DNA from: Candidatus Babeliales bacterium
GTDB taxonomy: Bacteria; Babelota; Babeliae; Babelales; JANWKD01
NCBI GenBank assembly: GCA_963722075.1
Contig: CAVRJM010000001.1
Span: forward strand, 320,001-384,000
Reading direction: 5' to 3'
DNA: 64,000 nt
Shown here: positions 57,933 to 64,000 of the stretch, piece after piece
Layout: every line of letters starts with the position of its first letter
Position numbering within the stretch: position 1 is the stretch's first letter
Position numbers and translations under genes: made by a program
Notes under the pieces: generated by a model
The model's input: the letters and a program-made list of their open reading frames with translations, nothing else
Databases searched by the model: none
What the model was told of the DNA's origin: nothing

Positions 57933-59002
57933 AGCTGAAATTCTATTCGTATCACTGCATGATCCGAAAAATAATCATTTTCATTAGGATCTTGATTTTC
58001 ATGATGAATTAATTGACCAGCAGTTGGAAATAATGACGCATTAAGCACTTTCATCGTGTTGCTAAAAAATACATAATCGTCATGCTCTGGATAATTATGA
58101 GCGCCCCATGCCGTTGCAGGGAGATAATATCCGCTTTTTTCCTGTTGTCCCAGTAATAAAACCACATTGTTAAAATGAGGAAAGCGGTTTGCTAACTGGT
58201 TAAAAAGTGTTTGATCTAAATAATAATGATATTGAAGATCTAAAATATCATAATTAAAATCTCCACAGACAATCCAATAAGTAACGCTACTATTATCAGC
58301 GATTATCTTCTTAATAGTATTTAAGCCATGTAAATTTGCTTGTGCATTATACGGTAGATGTGCATTTATAACTCCCATAGTATGCGGATGATTTTTTGGT
58401 TGTATAATAGTAACCAAGATTCTTTTTGATATATCAAGCGTAATGGTTTGTGATGATAATAATTGAAATTTATTTTTATTTATTACGGTAAGTACCGTGT
58501 CATACGGGGCTAAGTTATCATAAATATATTCGTATGCCTGAGTAGGATATGCATCAGCAAGATCTTCAATAAATTTTAAATAAGAGGCATTGATAGAATT
58601 AAAATAATTATTCTTAGTTATAGCTTGCTTATTAATATAAATAACATCATTCTTATTTTGGCGTAATTCACCTACACCGTATGGCCATTCTTGAAAACAA
58701 AGAATATCAACGTTTTGCAAAGCATGATTATTTTGTAAACTTTTTCTAAAGGCGGCACGGCGATTTTGTATATCTATTAATACATTATTTTTTTTTAGAT
58801 ATTGAACGTAAAATGGTTCGTACAACATGTTGCAGGTAGTGAGCGTAAACTTAAATGGGATTGTTGCGAGCGTGGTAAGGGGCGTGCTGAGAGCGGTGTG
58901 TAATTGTTGTAATGAAGTTCGTAAGTGATTTAATTCAGTTTCTAAGGCCCCCAGATAATTGAATAGAAATAAGTGGACGAGCAGTAAAAAGTTTTTATTC
59001 AT
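57929..59002 (-). CDS. Secreted EEP family protein (paralog of 55916-56842)
   Basis: Signal peptide, TCNML, DILCFQEWPY, NAH, CGDFN, SDH. Confidence 0.88.
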   Translation of the reverse strand: MNKNFLLLVHLFLFNYLGALETELNHLRTSLQQLHTALSTPLTTLATIPFKFTLTTCNMLYEPFYVQYLKKNNVLIDIQNRRAAFRKSLQNNHALQNVDILCFQEWPYGVGELRQNKNDVIYINKQAITKNNYFNSINASYLKFIEDLADAYPTQAYEYIYDNLAPYDTVLTVINKNKFQLLSSQTITLDISKRILVTIIQPKNHPHTMGVINAHLPYNAQANLHGLNTIKKIIADNSSVTYWIVCGDFNYDILDLQYHYYLDQTLFNQLANRFPHFNNVVLLLGQQEKSGYYLPATAWGAHNYPEHDDYVFFSNTMKVLNASLFPTAGQLIHHENQDPNENDYFSDHAVIRIEFQL

Positions 59003-59065
59003 TATTTTTTCCTTTTTTTACTTAAAATACCGAAGTATAACCTTGAAAGCAATATTTCTGCACTT

Positions 59066-59256
59066 GTCATTCCGAGCGCGTCCGACCTCGCCACGGGGCT
59101 CCGCCGGATTCCGTCAATGATAGTGTGCCTGTCCGGCGAAGTTGTTTACACCGCCATAGCTTTTAGCGACGGCCGGATTAACGTAGATGGATGGGAATCC
59201 ATTAATAAGATTTTTCATTTATAAATGGATCACCACGGCTAACGCCTCGTGATGAC
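59066..59256. repeat. Three-level nested repeat (family-1 containing family-2 containing family-2)
   Basis: GTCATTCCGAGCGC[GTCCGACC...[CCGCCATAGCTTTTAGCGACGGCCGGA]...GATGGA]TGGGAATCCA ... TGGATCACCACGGCTAACGCCTCGTGATGAC. Confidence 0.8.
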
Positions 59257-59350
59257 GTTTTGTGGTTTTTATTGATTTTATAAGCCTTTTTTTGTTATTT
59301 TAATATAGTAGTATAAAAGTAGCCTTACGTTAAAAATAGGAGGTAATATC

Positions 59351-59557
59351 ATGGCTAAATACGGTAAAAAATCACAAGCAAGCGTAAAAGAAGCAATGCA
59401 TGAATATAAAGAAGGCGAATTAAAAAGTGGCCATAGCGGTAAACAAGTAAAAAGCCGTGAACAAGCGATTGCTATTGGTCTTTCAGAAGCGCGTAAACAA
59501 GGTGCTAAGGTACCGCCTGCCCCGCATAAAGCATCCCATTCAAAATCTTCTAAGTAA
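59351..59557 (+). CDS. DUF6496-like small basic protein
   Basis: AGGAGG RBS; V..AMHE.K.G.LKSG..G..VKSR.QAIAIGLSEAR..G. Confidence 0.85.
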   Translation: MAKYGKKSQASVKEAMHEYKEGELKSGHSGKQVKSREQAIAIGLSEARKQGAKVPPAPHKASHSKSSK

Positions 59558-59574
59558 TGGTAAATAGGGTGCAA

Positions 59575-60192
59575 TTAATTGCACCCTATTATTCTTTTTA
59601 CATTACTATAGAATTCAAAAACGATTTTTTTGAACTGTTCATTGTTTTCTAATTGTTCAATATTATTTTTAAGTTCTGTAACATCTGCATGATGCAATAA
59701 ATGAGCAAAGGCAGCTATCATATCTAAGGATGGCTTTTGTGCGCAATATTTTTTGAGTATGCCATACCATTTTTTGATATATTTTTCTTCGATAGCCATT
59801 TCCAATATATCTGGATTATCAAAATAATCGCCAATCTCTTGCCATTGATCTTGCGTGAGCATTTCATAAATCAGCCGATCTTCTGCTATTTTCATACAAA
59901 AAGCACGATGAGGAAATTCAGGAATTAGTTCATACATACCATGCTCTTCAAAAAAACGTTCACGTTCAATATCTAGTAAGGCATGCACATCCATTCCTTT
60001 TTTAAATGAAGAATGCTCCTTTTGTATGGTTTGCCAGCTGGCATGGGGATTGTGTGTTTGTTCCCGTTCAATGATACCTAAATAACGTATATCCGGGAAA
60101 CTGGTGCCTATTATATATTCTTTTTGGGTAATTTCTGATAAACAGGGTAGTAATGAGAGTGCTACTATGATATGAGCGACAGGACCTGCCAT
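59575..60192 (-). CDS. Putative zinc-dependent phospholipase C-like / metal-dependent hydrolase
   Basis: GP..H, G..FPDIRY, TH, G..VH..LD pattern. Confidence 0.55.
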   Translation of the reverse strand: MAGPVAHIIVALSLLPCLSEITQKEYIIGTSFPDIRYLGIIEREQTHNPHASWQTIQKEHSSFKKGMDVHALLDIERERFFEEHGMYELIPEFPHRAFCMKIAEDRLIYEMLTQDQWQEIGDYFDNPDILEMAIEEKYIKKWYGILKKYCAQKPSLDMIAAFAHLLHHADVTELKNNIEQLENNEQFKKIVFEFYSNVKRIIGCN

Positions 60193-60267
60193 AGGGTAAC
60201 CTTTTGACAAATAGGTAAGGTATATCTAAAATGAAATATAATAATACATTATTATAGGAGGTTTTTT

Positions 60268-60969
60268 ATGAATAGTAAAAAAATAACAAAATATCTCATT
60301 CTTGTATCCCTTATTCTTATCAGTGCTTCTTCATTGTGCCAAGAACCTGTTTATAAAAAAGTAGTGGCGCTTTCCTCAGCAGATATTATTGGCATCCGGC
60401 AAGATGTAGCTATTGCGCAAAAAATCGTTACATTATTATGGAAAAAAGAAGAATTACGAAGCAATTTTTTTATTTTATTAGCGCCGCTGTTTAAACTTGT
60501 TTTTGATAAAAAAGTATCAGTTGAACAATTGGTTACTGATTACCCATCGTTAGCAAAATACAAAACTAAGCTCTATAAATTATTATCACGCGAAACTCCC
60601 GTAGCCGGTATACAAGAACTTATATATAGTTTAAAGCGGCAAGGTGTTTTTTTAGTGCTTGCTAATGATTCCTCACTTGATCAGCTTAATTATAATAAGC
60701 AAAAAAAATCAGATCTTTATAACTCCTTTAATGCAATTTATTCTGCTAATGATGATAAAGCCGCACCGTCCTATTATCAAAAATTAAGAAGCTATGTTAA
60801 TCAGATCGTTCCTACTACCCATGCGACTGAAATTCTGTTTGTTGATAGTAATAAATCTCATACTGATGCAGCCGGCAAAACTGATTTAAATATAGCGCCA
60901 CTTTTATTTGTTGGTTCTGATCAGTTGAAAGATGAGTTGGTGAAAAAAGAGTACTTGATTACTGTTTAG
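60268..60969 (+). CDS. Secreted degenerate HAD-like protein
   Basis: AGGAGG RBS, signal peptide, K..P.YY and ILFVD.N motifs; no DxD motif I. Confidence 0.5.
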   Translation: MNSKKITKYLILVSLILISASSLCQEPVYKKVVALSSADIIGIRQDVAIAQKIVTLLWKKEELRSNFFILLAPLFKLVFDKKVSVEQLVTDYPSLAKYKTKLYKLLSRETPVAGIQELIYSLKRQGVFLVLANDSSLDQLNYNKQKKSDLYNSFNAIYSANDDKAAPSYYQKLRSYVNQIVPTTHATEILFVDSNKSHTDAAGKTDLNIAPLLFVGSDQLKDELVKKEYLITV

Positions 60970-61002
60970 TAAGGTATTGATACGCGCCTAATGATCCAGC
61001 AC

Positions 61003-61314
61003 TTACAAAAAGTGCAGCAGTACCAACAAAATTGCCTCACGCCGTTTAGATTTAACAACTTTCATTTCAAAGGGATTATGTGATCCACTTAAAAATTCAG
61101 AATAAGTATAGACGTCAGCAAATGAAATTAACGTAATAATGGTACCTACCATTAAACCAGCTATGGCGAAAAGCTTTAAGGGAGCTTCCGTAGTTCTAGA
61201 AATTTTTAAAGGAAATTCTACTACGTTTTGCGCGCATTTTAGCAAATCAAAGTTGCAACTGCTATAATTTATTGAGAAGCAACAGAGTAATAATAAACTA
61301 ATTTTTTTTACCAT
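61003..61314 (-). CDS. Hypothetical membrane protein
   Basis: Signal peptide plus TM; overlaps the upstream ORF stop. Confidence 0.5.
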   Translation of the reverse strand: MVKKISLLLLCCFSINYSSCNFDLLKCAQNVVEFPLKISRTTEAPLKLFAIAGLMVGTIITLISFADVYTYSEFLSGSHNPFEMKVVKSKRREAILLVLLHFL

Positions 61315-61694
61315 ATTTTTTCTTCACCATTATAACTTAAAGTTTTATAGCTTGTGTAAAAGGAGGCACAAGCGATGGTTAAATATATGCTACTGCTTGC
61401 TAATTGTTCCTTGAGCTTTTTATACTCAAAGTTACTATATTTATCGAATTCAAGCCATATTTTATGATCAAATCCAATTTTGCCCATTGCGACTTTTGGT
61501 TTTGATAAAGGAATCTTCAATAAACTGCCTAGCTTAAAAAGACCAATCCCGGTGGTATAAAAACCAGCCGTCAAAGCAAAAAATCCAACGCTTTTACGAA
61601 GAATCTCCTTAGCTATAATGGCATAATCAGGATTACTGCGCAATTCTGCAATAGATAAGCAGTAAAGAAAGATGAGAATACCTTTTTTAAGCAT
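61308..61694 (-). CDS. Hypothetical membrane protein
   Basis: Signal peptide plus two TMs; in the htpX run. Confidence 0.55.
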   Translation of the reverse strand: MLKKGILIFLYCLSIAELRSNPDYAIIAKEILRKSVGFFALTAGFYTTGIGLFKLGSLLKIPLSKPKVAMGKIGFDHKIWLEFDKYSNFEYKKLKEQLASSSIYLTIACASFYTSYKTLSYNGEEKIW

Positions 61695-61698
61695 ATAA

Positions 61699-62172
61699 TT
61701 AATTCATTTGAAGTTTTTTGTCCGGCTTCCAACGCTTCAATAATTCCTTCAATAGAATTTCTTGTGGATTTTGTTCTGGGTGATGATGTATAAGAGATGT
61801 TGCTTTTTTTAAACTTCCTTGTACTGTCTCATCATCGCATACAGTAGAATCAATATGATTTAATGCCGGAATTAGATTACGCTCTACATTTTTTTGTACG
61901 GATAATTCTGCCGTTGATTCAATTAAAAGAGCATCTAAAAGCCCTAAAAAATCAACAATACATTGATGTATATTAGGATCGCTAATATGCATCTCTACCA
62001 TTTCATGATTTCTAAAATCAGGATCGTTAAAGCCATTTTTTAAAGCACGTACAATAATTTTTTTAAGCGCCTCAGATTCATGTTCAATAAGCCATTGTAA
62101 TAAAAAAAGCAGCTCATAGGTTAAAAGAACTTGGCCTTCAGCGGGAATAGTAAAATCTTTTTCGTTCATCAT
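61699..62172 (-). CDS. Hypothetical protein
   Basis: 157-aa ORF closely spaced downstream of htpX. Confidence 0.7.
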   Translation of the reverse strand: MMNEKDFTIPAEGQVLLTYELLFLLQWLIEHESEALKKIIVRALKNGFNDPDFRNHEMVEMHISDPNIHQCIVDFLGLLDALLIESTAELSVQKNVERNLIPALNHIDSTVCDDETVQGSLKKATSLIHHHPEQNPQEILLKELLKRWKPDKKLQMN

Positions 62173-62187
62173 AGATAACCCTTTGTC

Positions 62188-63060
62188 TTAAGATTTTGTA
62201 AGTGCCATATTTTGTAATCGCTTAATACGCTGCTCTACGGGTGGATGAGTAGAAAACAATGACATCCACGTTGCTCCCGTTAAGGGATTAATAATAAATA
62301 ACGGGGATGTGGTTGCTTCTACAGCTTCATGAGCGGGTGCGTATTGCTTATAATTTGATATTTTAGCGAGTGCGCTGGCCAGAGCTAATGGTTCCCGTGA
62401 ATAATGTGCTCCCGATTCATCAGCAAGATATTCGCGTGATCGGGAAATAGCTAATTGCAATAACGTTGCAGCAATGGGCATAACAATGGCGGCAACAAGC
62501 ATAGCCAACGGATTAGAGCGCTTACGGGAATCATTACCATTTTGTTGCATTGTTCCCCATAACGCTGCATATTGCATCATTTGAGCTGCATAGCCGATTG
62601 CGGTAGCTAAGGTGGCAGCTATGGTGGTAACTAAAATATCACGATTTTTTACATGAGAAAGCTCATGAGCTAAAACGCCGCGTAATTCATCATGATCTAA
62701 TAGACCTAATATGCCGCTGGTTAAAACAACCGAAGCATGCTTCGGGTTGCGGCCCGTTGCAAATGCGTTTGCAATAGGTAAATTGACGAGCCATAATTTG
62801 GGCATTGGTATATTCATAGAAGTGCATAGATCTTGTACGGTAGTATAAATAGCATTATAACGACTTTGATCTAGTGGCTGTGCGCGGTATAATCGTAATA
62901 CAATCGATTCAGAAAAGAAATAAGCAATAAAGTTCATTACTAATGCCATAATAAACGCTACTTGCAATCCTTGGCGTCCGCCAAGAAGGGATCCTAAAAC
63001 TAAAAATAGTCCGCTTAAACAAGTAAGTAACAATATTGTTTTTATCGTATTTGAAATCAT
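62188..63060 (-). CDS. htpX: Zinc metalloprotease HtpX
   Basis: NAFATGRNP, AHELSHVKNRD, SRSREYLAD, STHPP..RI; AAGGAG RBS before 63060. Confidence 0.95.
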   Translation of the reverse strand: MISNTIKTILLLTCLSGLFLVLGSLLGGRQGLQVAFIMALVMNFIAYFFSESIVLRLYRAQPLDQSRYNAIYTTVQDLCTSMNIPMPKLWLVNLPIANAFATGRNPKHASVVLTSGILGLLDHDELRGVLAHELSHVKNRDILVTTIAATLATAIGYAAQMMQYAALWGTMQQNGNDSRKRSNPLAMLVAAIVMPIAATLLQLAISRSREYLADESGAHYSREPLALASALAKISNYKQYAPAHEAVEATTSPLFIINPLTGATWMSLFSTHPPVEQRIKRLQNMALTKS

Positions 63061-63071
63061 AAATAACTCCT

Positions 63072-63533
63072 TCATTCATCATAATCAACTTCCCATTGGA
63101 CTATATTCAACGATTCTTGAAAGTCCTTAGAAGGTGGTTCTTTTTGCAGGGCTATATCCCTTAAATTATCGTGCTTGATAGTAATTAACTTTTTTGCACT
63201 TATCTGTGCTGCTTCTTTGCAGACATTATTTTCGTGCGTTAATTCATCATGCGCATCATCAAATACTTTGTTCATTTCGTTTTGTAGCCGCTTAATTTTC
63301 TTTTGTAATTTTAAAATCATATCGACACCGGCTAAATTAATACCGAGCTGATGGGTCAGATATATAATTTCTTCAAGCTTATCAACATCTTCTTCGGAGA
63401 AAAGGCGGGTATTGCCTTCGGATCTCTTAGGAACAATTAACCCTTCTTTTTCATATAATCGAATGGTTTGCTGATGCACGGAAAACATTTTGGCAACGGC
63501 AGAAATTGAATAATAGCCTTTTTTTCTTTTCAT
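63072..63533 (-). CDS. hspR: MerR family regulator, HspR-like
   Basis: YSIS.VA....H.QTIRLYE..GLI.P.RS.GNTR.FS, LG.NLAG. Confidence 0.75.
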   Translation of the reverse strand: MKRKKGYYSISAVAKMFSVHQQTIRLYEKEGLIVPKRSEGNTRLFSEEDVDKLEEIIYLTHQLGINLAGVDMILKLQKKIKRLQNEMNKVFDDAHDELTHENNVCKEAAQISAKKLITIKHDNLRDIALQKEPPSKDFQESLNIVQWEVDYDE

Positions 63534-63688
63534 TCTTTATATCCCTTAAAACCTTCATAAGAGAATACCCATATAGCCTATCATAAATTTTTTGATAAAT
63601 CATGTAGTTTTTGTTTCACCCTAAAAAAAGAAGTATGATACCCTATAATATGGTTATTAAGTAGGTATATTCAGAGGATTATAAAGAC

Positions 63689-64000
63689 ATGAAGTTAATT
63701 GTAGCCTTTATTTTATTATTCAATTTGAATTATATGCAGGTATGGGGTAAAACCATAGAAAAATCGTTTTCTATACTGGCCGTTGAAGAACGGATAAATG
63801 AAACGCGATTTCTGTGTCGTTCTGATTTGATTGACGGTAAATTAACCGAGATCTGGGCGGTAAATGGCCAAAAGGTAAGCCAAGAGCAGTATGAAGAGGC
63901 GATTTTGAATGCAGAACGGGAAGAAATACGAAAAAATCGGGCATTAGAGGCCCAAAAAAGAAGGGATGAACAAGAATTCAAAATAACAGCTCAATATGCT
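63689..64000 (+). CDS. Secreted hypothetical protein (3'-truncated by window edge)
   Basis: Manual translation MKLIVAFILLFNLNYMQVWGKTIEK... open to the window end. Confidence 0.6.
   Translation, partial: MKLIVAFILLFNLNYMQVWGKTIEKSFSILAVEERINETRFLCRSDLIDGKLTEIWAVNGQKVSQEQYEEAILNAEREEIRKNRALEAQKRRDEQEFKITAQYA

Noticed and set aside
12165..59256. Dispersed ~30-bp repeats as a CRISPR array
   Set aside because: Copies are inverted pairs scattered over tens of kb rather than direct repeats with regular spacers; no cas genes.

Overview
AT-rich bacterial chromosomal window using the standard genetic code. Gene content suggests an intracellular protist parasite, probably Candidatus Dependentiae/Babelota (TM6); this is an inference from many signal-peptide orphans, ankyrin/F-box proteins, paralogous beta-barrel-like proteins and fragmentary fab/dcw clusters. 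Housekeeping genes include plsC, a batA-E-like operon, lepB, HU, a PilB/GspE ATPase, mpg, mrdA, xerC, nth, thrS, PIN-PhoH, rpmH-rnpA-yidD, gyrA, dprA, rpmF-plsX-gltX-fabD-like-acpP, uppP, ftsK, murF, rsmH, spoVG, two maf genes, htpX and an hspR-like regulator, plus tRNA-Cys, -Leu and -Gln. Main non-obvious signals: (1) two families of structured palindromic repeats, one with covarying stems and the other nested inside the first, inside itself and at tRNA 3' ends, with one cluster beside a small GIY-YIG nuclease; (2) an unannotated 33-aa Thr-rich leader peptide with promoter, RBS and an overlapping terminator-like hairpin upstream of thrS; (3) a FabD homologue lacking its catalytic serine; (4) a Cys-rich envelope-like gene cluster and a histone H1-like protein; (5) several putative secreted effectors sharing sequence motifs. 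No CRISPR array, rRNA or transposase was seen.
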